A stretch of 50,301 nt of DNA, counting the filler, from an uncultured virus (IMG/VR IMGVR_UViG_2061766007_003888) (lineage: Duplodnaviria > Heunggongvirae > Uroviricota > Caudoviricetes). It is 5 parts of one record of this genome, joined end to end, with 100 filler letters (N's around TTAATTAATTAA, not from the genome) between each part and the next. Parts side by side here need not be neighbours in the genome. Positions count along the whole stretch, not along the records: positions 1 to 8,233 come from IMGVR_UViG_2061766007_003888; positions 8,334 to 10,271 come from IMGVR_UViG_2061766007_003888; 3 more parts are not named here. One strand, written 5' to 3'. Each line of letters opens with the position of its first letter. Position 1 is the stretch's first letter. The notes below the pieces were generated by a model. That model was not told the DNA's origin. It did not search any database and worked only from the letters and a program-made list of their open reading frames with translations. Positions 1-10,327 of the stretch are shown piece after piece. The position numbers and the translations under genes were made by a program.

Positions 1-54
1 GGCTTTCGCGAACAGGATCGTTGCAACGACCTCACCGGCGAAAGGTGGAGGATC

Positions 55-158
55 GTGAACCTGGCCTATAACGCCGCTTTCGGTTTCTACCTGGCGAAGA
101 GGCTCGGTAGACGGTGCCTGCTCGAGGTAAAATCCCTGAATCTTCACGACATGGACGT
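55..158 (+). CDS. Partial N-terminus (GTG start) of the hypothetical protein continued at 5145..5990
   Basis: RRCLLEVKSLNLHDMDV matches 5940-5990 (-); GTGA overlap with the upstream stop. Confidence 0.6.
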
Positions 159-818
159 NNNNNNNNNNNNNNNNNNNNNNNNNNNNNNNNNNNNNNNNNN
201 NNNNNNNNNNNNNNNNNNNNNNNNNNNNNNNNNNNNNNNNNNNNNNNNNNNNNNNNNNNNNNNNNNNNNNNNNNNNNNNNNNNNNNNNNNNNNNNNNNNN
301 NNNNNNNNNNNNNNNNNNNNNNNNNNNNNNNNNNNNNNNNNNNNNNNNNNNNNNNNNNNNNNNNNNNNNNNNNNNNNNNNNNNNNNNNNNNNNNNNNNNN
401 NNNNNNNNNNNNNNNNNNNNNNNNNNNNNNNNNNNNNNNNNNNNNNNNNNNNNNNNNNNNNNNNNNNNNNNNNNNNNNNNNNNNNNNNNNNNNNNNNNNN
501 NNNNNNNNNNNNNNNNNNNNNNNNNNNNNNNNNNNNNNNNNNNNNNNNNNNNNNNNNNNNNNNNNNNNNNNNNNNNNNNNNNNNNNNNNNNNNNNNNNNN
601 NNNNNNNNNNNNNNNNNNNNNNNNNNNNNNNNNNNNNNNNNNNNNNNNNNNNNNNNNNNNNNNNNNNNNNNNNNNNNNNNNNNNNNNNNNNNNNNNNNNN
701 NNNNNNNNNNNNNNNNNNNNNNNNNNNNNNNNNNNNNNNNNNNNNNNNNNNNNNNNNNNNNNNNCCACGGCGCCACATGGATCGTCGGTAACATCGGGAA
801 CCTCGTGGGGTAATCCCG

Positions 819-950
819 ATGTCGTGTACCGCGTACGACATGTGGCTCGACGAGTTCGCCCGTAAACTCGACATGCTGAACCGTACGCTCGCAGACAAGA
901 GCATGACTGTCGGACTGGACTGCGCCGCCTATTTCAGGGACAAGTCCAGG
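819..950 (+). CDS. Partial strain-variant copy of 41237..41539
   Basis: MSCTAYDMWLDEFARKLD near-identical to MSCTEYDMWLDEFARKLD. Confidence 0.7.
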
Positions 951-1791
951 NNNNNNNNNNNNNNNNNNNNNNNNNNNNNNNNNNNNNNNNNNNNNNNNNN
1001 NNNNNNNNNNNNNNNNNNNNNNNNNNNNNNNNNNNNNNNNNNNNNNNNNNNNNNNNNNNNNNNNNNNNNNNNNNNNNNNNNNNNNNNNNNNNNNNNNNNN
1101 NNNNNNNNNNNNNNNNNNNNNNNNNNNNNNNNNNNNNNNNNNNNNNNNNNNNNNNNNNNNNNNNNNNNNNNNNNNNNNNNNNNNNNNNNNNNNNNNNNNN
1201 NNNNNNNNNNNNNNNNNNNNNNNNNNNNNNNNNNNNNNNNNNNNNNNNNNNNNNNNNNNNNNNNNNNNNNNNNNNNNNNNNNNNNNNNNNNNNNNNNNNN
1301 NNNNNNNNNNNNNNNNNNNNNNNNNNNNNNNNNNNNNNNNNNNNNNNNNNNNNNNNNNNNNNNNNNNNNNNNNNNNNNNNNNNNNNNNNNNNNNNNNNNN
1401 NNNNNNNNNNNNNNNNNNNNNNNNNNNNNNNNNNNNNNNNNNNNNNNNNNNNNNNNNNNNNNNNNNNNNNNNNNNNNNNNNNNNNNNNNNNNNNNNNNNN
1501 NNNNNNNNNNNNNNNNNNNNNNNNNNNNNNNNNNNNNNNNNNNNNNNNNNNNNNNNNNNNNNNNNNNNNNNNNNNNNNNNNNNNNNNNNNNNNNNNNNNN
1601 NNNNNNNNNNNNNNNNNNNNNNAATACCAAACCAATTTTTACTACAAGTCATGACTACAGTATCAAGGCCATTACGGACAAGTTCAACAGGGACAATCNN
1701 NNNNNNNNACTTATTACCGAACTTAACAACTTCGAGTCCGTACTCGATTTCGAACTGAACCTGTAGCTATGGGCGAGACTCGTGTTGTCAC

Positions 1792-1799
1792 CATAAATA
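1792..1799 (+). promoter_or_regulatory. T4-type late promoter-like box CATAAATA, 4 nt before ATG 1804 (copy at 2160-2167)
   Basis: One mismatch to TATAAATA; same 4-nt spacing as three other sites. Confidence 0.55.
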
Positions 1800-1803
1800 A
1801 GAC

Positions 1804-1910
1804 ATGAACAATATCGTAGTCAATCCCGAATCTAATCCCGAACTGGCGAAATACCTGGATAAAATCCTGTCCGGGTTCGAATCAAGCTTCGACTGTACGC
1901 GCGACAACTG
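1804..1910 (+). CDS. Hypothetical protein, partial N-terminus (MNNIVVNPESNP; copy at 2172)
   Basis: ATG after late-like box; truncated by gap. Confidence 0.6.
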
Positions 1911-1920
1911 NNNNNNNNNN

Positions 1921-2134
1921 TGCGGATTCGAAATACAATGTGAACCTGTCCATACACAAAACTTTTACAGTCATGGAAAAGAACGTGTACTTCGCTACCG
2001 ACGACGAACTTACGGACTGGTTCGACAGGCACAGTCCCGTAAAAATCATCGAGTCGTTGGCGGAACAGACCCGTAAGCTCGTTACCGAGCTTAACAACTT
2101 CGAGTCCATACTCGATTTCGAACTGAACCTGTAG
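1921..2134 (+). CDS. Hypothetical protein, paralog family C, partial C-terminus
   Basis: SPVKIIESLAEQTRKLVTELNNFESILDFELNL aligns with the C-termini of 3867 and 4307. Confidence 0.65.
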
Positions 2135-2373
2135 CTATGGGCGAGACTTGTACCGTTGCCATAAATAAGACATGAACAATATCGTAGTCAATCCCGAATC
2201 TAACCCCGAACTGGCGAAATACCTGGACAAAATCCTGTCCGGGTTCGAATCAAGCTTCGACTGTACGCGCGACAACTGNNNNNNNNNNGCTTATTACCGA
2301 GCTTAACAACTTCGAGTCCATACTCGATTTCGAACTGAACCTGNNNNNNNNNNNNNNNNNNNNNNNNNNNNNN

Positions 2374-2719
2374 CGGTCACATAAACCGCGAGTTACGTAC
2401 CTTCCTGGTACGCGAGGGCGAAATCCCCGAACTGGTAGAAGGACTTTACAGGGTCGATTCCTGGAGGGGTTGGCTCGACGAGGGCGATTTCACGGACGAG
2501 GAGCTCTCGCTTATCGAAAAACGTTACGGGGGCAACAACAGGTACAGTCTCGAACAGTACGTGGAATCGTTACCGGAACGGGAACAGGAAGAATACCTGT
2601 ACGTACCCCACCAGTTCCTGATCCTCGACGATCTGATCCTCGACGCCGCGAGTTCAATGTTCGACTGTAAGAACTCGAAGTCCAGGTACTATGACTGGGA
2701 CAAGAATCTTGTCTCCTGA
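2374..2719 (+). CDS. Hypothetical acidic protein, partial C-terminus
   Basis: Open frame HINRELRTFLVREGE...YYDWDKNLVS* read by hand. Confidence 0.6.
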
Positions 2720-2727
2720 CCCCGCGT

Positions 2728-2955
2728 TTAGCAATTGTCGTTTGTCCAGAGAAAATTAGCCGTGGCCTCGATCCATGCTTCCTGTGTCTTATATTCGTTC
2801 TCGCGAAGAAATTCCTTATGTATCGCGGTGCAGGTACAGGTAAGATCCCATCCCGGCGTTTGTAACAGGGTCTCGACGTAATCGGCCGACAAGTGTTCTT
2901 TGCGCCCGTGTTCGCCCGGGAAAATCCCTTCGAGAAGTTTCTTCCGGACTTTTTC
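2728..2955 (-). CDS. Hypothetical protein, partial C-terminus
   Basis: Open frame EKVRKELLEGIF...FLWTNDNC*, convergent with the previous gene. Confidence 0.55.
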   Translation of the reverse strand, partial: EKVRKKLLEGIFPGEHGRKEHLSADYVETLLQTPGWDLTCTCTAIHKEFLRENEYKTQEAWIEATANFLWTNDNC

Positions 2956-2965
2956 NNNNNNNNNN

Positions 2966-3380
2966 TCATTTCCGTATAGTTCATAAGTATTTTCCCGGCT
3001 GTAGGCATAATATCCTTGAATATTTTCTGGGGTGAACCCTTGTCCAGGAGCATGGTCCTGGCCTCGTCCAGGGTCAGGTACACGTGATATTCATAGTACG
3101 AGCACATGTTTGTACCCACAATACACGTGAATACCAGGGGTTTTGACTGTTCATTGCCCGGGACACGATAAGCTATTTCGAGATACAGCCCGATTCTGTA
3201 AGTATCGTCTAAGGGCTTGATCCATACGAGCCTGCTCCGTCGATCTAGTTTGTACGGATTTTTATAAGTTATTTCGCTCTTGTCAGGTTTTGAACTTGCA
3301 TGTAATTGCATATAAAATAACGATATGTCGTGCAAAGTATCGTTGGATGGAAATTGCTCTTGTTCTGTAGCTGTCATCAT
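2966..3380 (-). CDS. Strain-variant copy of 3867..4310 (partial)
   Basis: Near-identical translation. Confidence 0.75.
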
Positions 3381-3597
3381 AGCTGTTCTATCGTGAAAGT
3401 GTTCACGGTGTTGTTCATGGCAAAAATCAACTGTCTCACTGATTCATCCATCGCGTCGNNNNNNNNNNNNNNNNNNNNNNNNNNNNNNNNNNNNNNNNNN
3501 NNNNNNNNNNNGATGTAGTAAAAATCGGTTTGGTACAGTGTCCAAACGTGAATTGCAATTTTATCGGAGTTTTAATTAAGTTACCTCNNNNNNNNNN

Positions 3598-3855
3598 TTC
3601 GTTAGATATGGTATAACGGTCGTTGTAATCCCACTTGGCGGAAGTATTCATCGTATAACCGACAAGTTTTTTATACGATGATGTGTTCGTGTTCGCGACC
3701 GTACTGTCGATGGTTATGTAATCGTTCGTATTCAGGTTAGTTACGGTANNNNNNNNNNCTTTTTTATATGATGATGTGTTCGCGACCGTACTGTCGATGG
3801 TTATGTAATCGTTCGGATTCAGGTTAGGTACGGTAGTAATGTTGTTCGTAGCCAT
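3598..3855 (-). CDS. Hypothetical protein MATNNITT (fragmented; continued at 9970..10271)
   Basis: GAGGT RBS; overlapping variant fragments. Confidence 0.65.
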
Positions 3856-3866
3856 GTAATACCTCG

Positions 3867-4310
3867 TTATAACTGTTCCAGGTCAAGTATATTGTCCATT
3901 TCCGTAAAGTTCATAAGCATTTTCCCGGCTGTAGGCATAATGTCCTCGAATATTTTCTGGGGTGAACCTTTGTCCAGGAGCATGGTCCTGGCCTCGTCCA
4001 GGGTCAGATACACGTGATATTCATAGTATGAGAATGAGTTCGTACCCACAATACACGTGAATACCAGGGGTTTTAACTGTTTATTGTCCGGGACACTATA
4101 AGCTATTTCGAGATACAGCCCGATTCTGTAAGTATCGTCTAATGGCTTGATCCATACGAGCCTGCTCCGTCGGTCTAGTTTGTACGGATTTTTATAAGTT
4201 ATTTCACTCTTGTCAGGTTTTGAATTTGCATGTAATTGCATATAAAATAACGATATATCGTGCAAAGTATCGTTAGATGGAAATTGCTCTTGTTCCGTAG
4301 CTGTCATCAT
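3867..4310 (-). CDS. Hypothetical protein, family C, ends LEQL
   Basis: Complete ORF, ATGA-coupled to the upstream gene. Confidence 0.85.
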   Translation of the reverse strand: MMTATEQEQFPSNDTLHDISLFYMQLHANSKPDKSEITYKNPYKLDRRSRLVWIKPLDDTYRIGLYLEIAYSVPDNKQLKPLVFTCIVGTNSFSYYEYHVYLTLDEARTMLLDKGSPQKIFEDIMPTAGKMLMNFTEMDNILDLEQL

Positions 4311-4729
4311 AGCTGTTCTATCGTGAAAGTGTTCTCGATGTTGTTCATGGCAAAAATCAACTGTCTCACTGATTCATCCATCGCTTCAAGAATTTGTCGG
4401 GGATTGTCCCTGTTGAACTTGTCCGTAATGGCCTTGATACTGTAGTCATGAAATGTAGTAAAAATCGGTTTGGTGCAGTGTCCAAACGTGAATTGTAATT
4501 TTATCGGAGTTTTAATTAAGTTACCTCTCTTGCAAGAAAGAGTGGAGTAATAGTCATCGCCGTATGTTTTTTTCCACGCGTAACAGAATGAATGTATTGT
4601 TAAGTCAGGATTATACTTCGTACATATACGTGCGAAAAATTTCTGTATCCTGCCTTCGCTTTTCGTACACGAATCATCTATAATGATGTCATCACAATCT
4701 TCGTACATTGACAAGTCTATATCGTCCAT
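4307..4729 (-). CDS. Hypothetical protein, family C, ends IEQL
   Basis: Complete ORF; variant copy at 10372..10573. Confidence 0.85.
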   Translation of the reverse strand: MDDIDLSMYEDCDDIIIDDSCTKSEGRIQKFFARICTKYNPDLTIHSFCYAWKKTYGDDYYSTLSCKRGNLIKTPIKLQFTFGHCTKPIFTTFHDYSIKAITDKFNRDNPRQILEAMDESVRQLIFAMNNIENTFTIEQL

Positions 4730-4732
4730 GGT

Positions 4733-5134
4733 TTAAACCCTTATGCAAAAGCTGTCGATTACGTCCTCGAGGGCCATGTTTTCGATTTTCTGGCGTATGC
4801 ACGAGAAATAGTCGTTCAGGTCTATGTCCCCGTAACAGGGCTTGTTATTTTCCCTGTAACAGATCTTGGCTGAAATATCCGTCTGGGCCAGTATGGTCCC
4901 GGCCATGATACAGGCGGAAATTATCGAGGCCATGGGTATGATCCTGCCCGTACCCAGGTATTTCAGGAAGTATTCCTCTATCTCTTCCTTGACCGGATCG
5001 TCGTTGTTCGCCTGTACCGTAATGAAATAGTCATCCCGTCCAGTACTGATTACGAGCTTCGCGTGACCCTCGATCATGTTCGAGAAGAACGCTTCCAGGT
5101 GAAGCTGCCCGGCATGTAGTTTTTCGAACTTCAT
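4733..5134 (-). CDS. Hypothetical protein
   Basis: Complete ORF in a tightly packed operon, GAGG RBS. Confidence 0.8.
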   Translation of the reverse strand: MKFEKLHAGQLHLEAFFSNMIEGHAKLVISTGRDDYFITVQANNDDPVKEEIEEYFLKYLGTGRIIPMASIISACIMAGTILAQTDISAKICYRENNKPCYGDIDLNDYFSCIRQKIENMALEDVIDSFCIRV

Positions 5135-5144
5135 GGCGCTATCC

Positions 5145-5990
5145 TCACAGGCTCGTTTCCAGATCGATCAGGTTGTCGATGTTGGTCTTGTCCATACAGG
5201 ACTTGTTCACGAACGTTTCGACCTTGTCGAACAAGGTCTTGAAATCGAGCTTGAGCATGGTCTCGATACCGCGAATAGCGCTCGTCCTGAGAGCTATTCC
5301 CATGATATAAATCTCGAACGTATTGTTCACTACCCCGAACTTGAACGTGAACTTGTTCCTGAACGAGTCATAGTTCTCGCTACTGTCGTAATACGGGTAA
5401 AAACTGTACCCTCGTCCCGTGGCCAGGGGAGGAGTATCGGTATAGGTCATGTTCCATTCGCTGTACTCGAAGCAGTAATCGCCCCTGTCGTTCGCGTAAC
5501 ACATGTTACTGTGGGTACAGTCGTACCTGCTGACCACGTAGTTCGAGGCGTAGAGGAACATACGTTCCATTACCGAAAGGTCATGTTCGTCGATTCTGTT
5601 CCTGTCATATTCGGGGCAAATATCGTTACTGTCGATATAGTCCACCACGTCCTGTTCCGACTTGAGCTCGTACTTGATTCCACGGAGCATGGACACGACA
5701 GTATCGACCACGTTCTTTCCCGAGTCTTCGACCGCGAATTCGGCCATGGCGAATATCTCGTCGAAATCGAAAGCTTTCAACTGTTCGGGGATAGGGGTAT
5801 CGTCCCGGTCGAAATCCAGGGTACGTACCTGTCCGGGCCCGATTACGAAATTCAACTGGCAGGGACGGGTAAAGCCCGTACCGAATATCTGGTTCATTTT
5901 AACCGTGATGAGCCTGATACCTTTCTTGCTGAGGACGTACACGTCCATGTCGTGAAGATTCAGGGATTTTACCTCGAGCAGGCACCGTCT
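5145..5990 (-). CDS. Hypothetical protein of about 300 aa (true start lies in the gap)
   Basis: Long ORF; N-terminus seen at 55..158 and 10834..10887. Confidence 0.8.
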   Translation of the reverse strand, partial: RRCLLEVKSLNLHDMDVYVLSKKGIRLITVKMNQIFGTGFTRPCQLNFVIGPGQVRTLDFDRDDTPIPEQLKAFDFDEIFAMAEFAVEDSGKNVVDTVVSMLRGIKYELKSEQDVVDYIDSNDICPEYDRNRIDEHDLSVMERMFLYASNYVVSRYDCTHSNMCYANDRGDYCFEYSEWNMTYTDTPPLATGRGYSFYPYYDSSENYDSFRNKFTFKFGVVNNTFEIYIMGIALRTSAIRGIETMLKLDFKTLFDKVETFVNKSCMDKTNIDNLIDLETSL

Positions 5991-6000
5991 NNNNNNNNNN

Positions 6001-6273
6001 TTCGGGGGCTTTCTCGTCCTCTTCCCTGTAAAGTTCTATGGCCTTGTCCACTCCCGCCAGGACCAAGTCCTTGTCCAGGTCGAAAGTCTCGCACAGTCCC
6101 GAAAGCCGTTTCACGAGTATGTCCGTAACGTGGTCCACGTCCTCGGGCCTGAAACCGCGTCTTTCGCCCCATGTATGGTCCATCGCTTCGCGACACTTGA
6201 AAAACCGGCTGACGAATTCCTCGTCGTCCGTTATACCGTAGAAATCGAAATATTTCGTGACCTTTGCGTCCAT
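6001..6273 (-). CDS. Hypothetical protein MDAKVTKYF, leaderless, partial
   Basis: TATATT-7nt-ATG; variant copy at 10884..11153. Confidence 0.7.
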
Positions 6274-6523
6274 AACCCCGAATATAACTAATTCGCGNNN
6301 NNNNNNNAAATCCAACATGAAATAGGGACGTGCCGTCGAGGTACGGGTCTTTCGACAGGGCGGACCGGCTGTCCGGTAGGCGGACATTCCGGCCCTACTG
6401 GCGTCGGGTTTATCGTCGTTATTACCCCATAACGTCGGCATTCCCGACGCCTTTCCTGACGTACCGGGGGGCGCCCCGGGGGGCCCTTTTTGGCCCTGGA
6501 TGCCGACACCCCNNNNNNNNNNA

Positions 6524-6667
6524 CAGGAAACCGTCAACAAGGTCTACGGTTCGAAGTACAAGCCCACGCCCGTGCCGACCGTCAAGGCCGCCAAGATGAC
6601 CGCGGCCGACTACGAGAAACTCGGCATCAGCAAGGACATCTTCGTCAAGGCCTACAGAATCTTCAAG
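6524..6667 (+). CDS. Fragment, variant of 41947..42213
   Basis: QETVNKVY...KAYRIFK shared. Confidence 0.7.
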
Positions 6668-6694
6668 NNNNNNNNNNCCGGGAAATTTTTCCGG

Positions 6695-6790
6695 GCGGGC
6701 AGGTATCGGGCAATCTATTGGATATATAGCGGGTAGGTATCGGGCAGGTATTGGGCGAGTATCCGGCAATCGGGACATATATCGGGACAC
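6695..6790 (+). repeat. Cluster of imperfect GGTATCGGGC-like direct repeats
   Basis: ggtatcgggca twice, ggtattgggcg, agtatccggca, atcgggaca twice. Confidence 0.5.
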
Positions 6791-6956
6791 GGCGTCTCGA
6801 TTGGTATATAGTTTTCCCGTATCGGGGCGTTTCTGCCCCCCGGGCGGGCCTGTTTTTAAAAACGGTCCGGTTTGAAAAATTTTTTACCGGAAAATTTCGG
6901 CCCGGGGCGCGAAAAACGGGCTTACGATCCGTTCCCGTATTTCTATATTGTCGTAC

Positions 6957-7126
6957 ATGAACTACGATATGGTCTATATGATAACTGGGATTGTTCCCTA
7001 TTCCGGCGGCGAGCGTTGCGTTATCGCGGTATATCTCGACAGGGACCGCGCCGTGGCCCGCATGGACAAGGAACGCATGGATAACTATTATATCGATATT
7101 TCCATGGACGAATACGGGGTCGACGG
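6957..7126 (+). CDS. Small hypothetical protein, leaderless, partial
   Basis: CTTACG-17-TATATT-7nt-ATG; MNYDMVYMITG. Confidence 0.65.
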
Positions 7127-7449
7127 NNNNNNNNNNGGTTTTCCCGTATCGGGGCGTTTCCGCCCCCCGGGCGGGCCTGTTTTTAAAAATGGTCCGGTTT
7201 GAAAAATTTTTTACCGGAAAATTTCGGCCCGGGGCGCGAANNNNNNNNNNTTAGGGATATGGATATCGGCGAATGCATGCATCGGCTCGAGGGTTACGGG
7301 TATACCGTGAAGGGGCGTACGTCCGACAGGCTTTTGATGGACGGGTACGGCCTGCGTGTAGGCGTGATCGTGGTCGAAGGCTCGGTCGCCGGGATAGATT
7401 GCTATATGTTGAAGGACGGGGAAATTGATGCNNNNNNNNNNCTAGGGAT

Positions 7450-7788
7450 ATGGATATCGGCGAATGCATAAATCGGCTCGAGGGATACGGGTATACCGTG
7501 AAGGGGCGTACGTCCGACAGGCTTCTGATGGACGGGTACGGTCTACGCGTAGGCGTGATCGTGGTCGAAGGTTCGGTCGCCGGGATAGATTGCTATATGT
7601 TGAAGGACGGGGAAATCGATACGCTGCTGGGGACTACGGCCGTATATCCGTCGCTCGCCATCAGGTATAAGTGGGTCGACGGGATCAGGATGGACGATAT
7701 GTTTTCCGTGCTCGGGAAGCGGTCCGGCGCCGTTATGGAGTTCGCCAGGATGAAGACCGAGTGGTATATAGACCAGCTGGAAGGGTGA
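7450..7788 (+). CDS. Hypothetical protein, paralog family A, ends IDQLEG
   Basis: LEGYGY motif; variant copy at 7259..7431. Confidence 0.8.
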   Translation: MDIGECINRLEGYGYTVKGRTSDRLLMDGYGLRVGVIVVEGSVAGIDCYMLKDGEIDTLLGTTAVYPSLAIRYKWVDGIRMDDMFSVLGKRSGAVMEFARMKTEWYIDQLEG

Positions 7789-7795
7789 CGGGTAT

Positions 7796-8152
7796 ATGGA
7801 TATCGGCGAATGTATGGATCGGCTCGAGGGATACGGGTACGCCGTGTCGGAACTGATGACGCGGAGGTGGCGGCGCAGGAAGGTGTATATGGACGGGCAC
7901 GGGCTGCGTATCGGGCTGTTCGTGGGCAATAATGGGGCCGTCGACACGATAGACTGCTACCTGCTGGATAACGGGAGCTTCGGCAGGCTATTGGGGTCTA
8001 CGGCCGTACATCCGGGAAGCGGTATCGGGCGCTGGTGGGTCGACGGGATCGGGATGGACGAGATGCTTTCCGTCCTGTCGGAGCCGGGGAAGGCCGTCAT
8101 GTGGTTCGGGACGATGAAGGCGGAAGAGGATCTGGGCGTACTGGAAGGGTAA
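7796..8152 (+). CDS. Hypothetical protein, family A (tandem paralog of 7450)
   Basis: Shares MDIGEC..RLEGYGY, IDCY and WVDGI. Confidence 0.8.
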   Translation: MDIGECMDRLEGYGYAVSELMTRRWRRRKVYMDGHGLRIGLFVGNNGAVDTIDCYLLDNGSFGRLLGSTAVHPGSGIGRWWVDGIGMDEMLSVLSEPGKAVMWFGTMKAEEDLGVLEG

Positions 8153-8277
8153 GCGATATGATAGGCGAAAACGACATAGATATGCTGCGGCTGTATCTGG
8201 CGCGCTTCGGCATGGAAGACCCGTGGAATCCGANNNNNNNNNNNNNNNNNNNNNNNNNNNNNNNNNNNNNNNNNNNN

Positions 8278-8289
8278 TTAATTAATTAA
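8278..8289. other. Artificial scaffold linker (six-frame stop TTAATTAATTAA in N runs)
   Basis: Identical 12-mer between N runs here and at 10316, 29510 and 42258. Confidence 0.95.
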
Positions 8290-8383
8290 NNNNNNNNNNN
8301 NNNNNNNNNNNNNNNNNNNNNNNNNNNNNNNNNGAGTTCCCGCGAGACACGGATGTAATTCTGGTCTAGTTCTTCTTTCTTGT

Positions 8384-8780
8384 TCACGGGAGTTCCTCTA
8401 TGACTTTCGCGTTCATCATGTTCTCCAGCCTCATCCGCAGAGTATTCGCTGGACCTCGGACTACCCGTATGAAGTCCTCGAACGGTATGTTGGCATACTT
8501 GAATAGGGCATTGGATCCGGTCGACGCGAGTGCGTCGATTGGGTGCCCAGTCGACGCGATATAATGGAATAGGGAAGCGGGTCCTATGTCCGTGTCGGTC
8601 AGATCGAGACGGTACACCCGGTGGCCCTCGTAATATACCGTCACGCACATGTTCCCCGACGTGTACTGCCTGGCAAAGCCCTGNNNNNNNNNNACCCTGG
8701 TACATCCTTGTCGACGGTGACGCCTTGTACCCGTATTTGCGGAGTTCTCTGTCGACATATTTCAGCGAATATGTGTACAT
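8384..8780 (-). CDS. Hypothetical protein, family A, ends IEELP (gap inside; variant at 47244..47507)
   Basis: ELRKYGY...RMRLENMMNAKVIEELP. Confidence 0.75.
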
Positions 8781-8781
8781 G

Positions 8782-9054
8782 TTAGTCCAGTGCCTCCAGT
8801 GTGTCGAGGACTTTCTGGTTGTGCAGGACGGTCTCGAACGTCCTTTCGTCTTTCTTGATCCTGGTGTAGTTGTACGGTATTCCGTCGATATTTATACAGC
8901 TTTCCGGGTATCTGTCCCACAGGTGGACTAAGACGTAAAGCCCACCGGACATGAAGCTGACTGCATAACCCGACCACGGCGGCATGCAGCGCTCGAACTC
9001 GACATTGGTCACGTCGCGGAAATACTTTTTCGAATCCTGATCGTATATAATCAT
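8782..9054 (-). CDS. Hypothetical protein, ends LEALD
   Basis: 90 aa, ATGA-coupled; variant at 9181..9297. Confidence 0.8.
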   Translation of the reverse strand: MIIYDQDSKKYFRDVTNVEFERCMPPWSGYAVSFMSGGLYVLVHLWDRYPESCINIDGIPYNYTRIKKDERTFETVLHNQKVLDTLEALD

Positions 9055-9293
9055 TCTAGCGTCTCCAGCGCCTTCCTGTTCACCTCGTTTTCCAGTCTCA
9101 TCACTATACCGCTCGGCGGCCCCAGGATTATTTGTATGAAGTCCTCGAGCTCGAGCGACTTGCCGGAGTANNNNNNNNNNGTGCCCGCCGGACATGAAGC
9201 TGACCGCATAGCCCGACCACGGCGGCACGCAGCGCTCGAACTCGACGTTGGTCACGTCGTGGTAATACTTTTTCGAATCCTGATCGTATATAA

Positions 9294-9671
9294 TCATTCC
9301 AGTGTCTCCAGCGCCTTCCTGTTCGTCTCGTTTTCCAGCCTCATCACTATACCGCTCGGCGGACCCAGGATTATTTGTATGAAGTCCTCGAGCTCGAGCG
9401 ACTTGCCGGAGTACCTGAATATTTCGTTGTTACTGGACGTCGCGACATAGCGTTGGAGGGGCTTTCCGAGGTCGTCTTCGTCGAAGTCGAGAATGTCGAT
9501 GCTTTCAATTATGGGCCCGAGCGCCGTTTCCTCGTAACATACGTGTATGTGCATGTTCCCGGCACTGTACAGCCTGATGAAGCGAGCTCGGCCCATGCGG
9601 TTCGGCGGGTACGCGACGTAACCGTATTTTCGGAGTTCCTTATCGAGATATTTCATCGAGTACATGGGCAT
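9294..9671 (-). CDS. Hypothetical protein, family A, ends LETLE
   Basis: ELRKYGY, YVATS and RLENETNRKALETLE. Confidence 0.85.
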   Translation of the reverse strand: MPMYSMKYLDKELRKYGYVAYPPNRMGRARFIRLYSAGNMHIHVCYEETALGPIIESIDILDFDEDDLGKPLQRYVATSSNNEIFRYSGKSLELEDFIQIILGPPSGIVMRLENETNRKALETLE

Positions 9672-9672
9672 G

Positions 9673-9819
9673 TTATTCCAGCGCCTCCAGCATGGTTTCT
9701 AGTTCCTGCCGGTCCCGTTCCATCTTCTCCTCCAGGAGCTTCCTGTATATGGGGCTCGCTACATATTTCTTCCTGAGCCGTTCCATTTCGGCGAACAGGC
9801 CTTCCGGGCTGGCGTGTCC
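9673..9819 (-). CDS. C-terminus of the family B protein begun at 48525 (ends LEALE)
   Basis: GHASPEGLFAEMERLR overlaps 48843-48892. Confidence 0.7.
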   Translation of the reverse strand, partial: GHASPEGLFAEMERLRKKYVASPIYRKLLEEKMERDRQELETMLEALE

Positions 9820-10315
9820 NNNNNNNNNNACGTGGTTTCTAGTTCCCGTCGGTCCCGTTCCATCTTCTCCTCCAGGAGTTTCCTGTATATGGGGCTCGCG
9901 ACGTATTTTTTCCTGAGCCGTTCCATTTCGGCGAACAGGCCTTCCGGGCTGGCGTGTCCNNNNNNNNNNCGGACAGGTTCACGTTGTATTTCGAATCCGC
10001 GCTGGAAGGTGTACCCTTCAGCCTGATCTGCAGTGAATACCCCATTATGTTCCTGGACCAGATAAGGCCCGAGGCGTAATTCGGGTAATCGCCCCCGTAT
10101 TTATCGTGGAGCTCGTTCAACAGGTCGTTAGATATGGTATAACGGTCGTTGTAATCCCACTTGGCGGCGGTATTCGACGCGTAAGTCGATATGACTTTTT
10201 TATACGATGCAGCGTTCGAGCCCGTACTGTCGATGGTTATGTAATCGTTCGTATTCAGGTTAGTTACGGTANNNNNNNNNNNNNNNNNNNNNNNNNNNNN
10301 NNNNNNNNNNNNNNN

Positions 10316-10327
10316 TTAATTAATTAA
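10316..10327. other. Artificial scaffold linker
   Basis: TTAATTAATTAA between N runs. Confidence 0.95.

Noticed and set aside
32..1766. Long ORFs spanning N runs (also 35011..35913, 37827..38608, 47244..48525)
   Set aside because: Artefacts of translating through gaps; the two sides often belong to different genes
2966..4310. Diversity-generating retroelement template/variable repeat pair
   Set aside because: Differences are scattered and not adenine-specific, and no reverse transcriptase is present
5133..6128. 331-aa + strand ORF and similar long antisense ORFs (21102, 27949, 28916, 40778)
   Set aside because: Shadow frames of real genes on the opposite strand; no promoter or RBS
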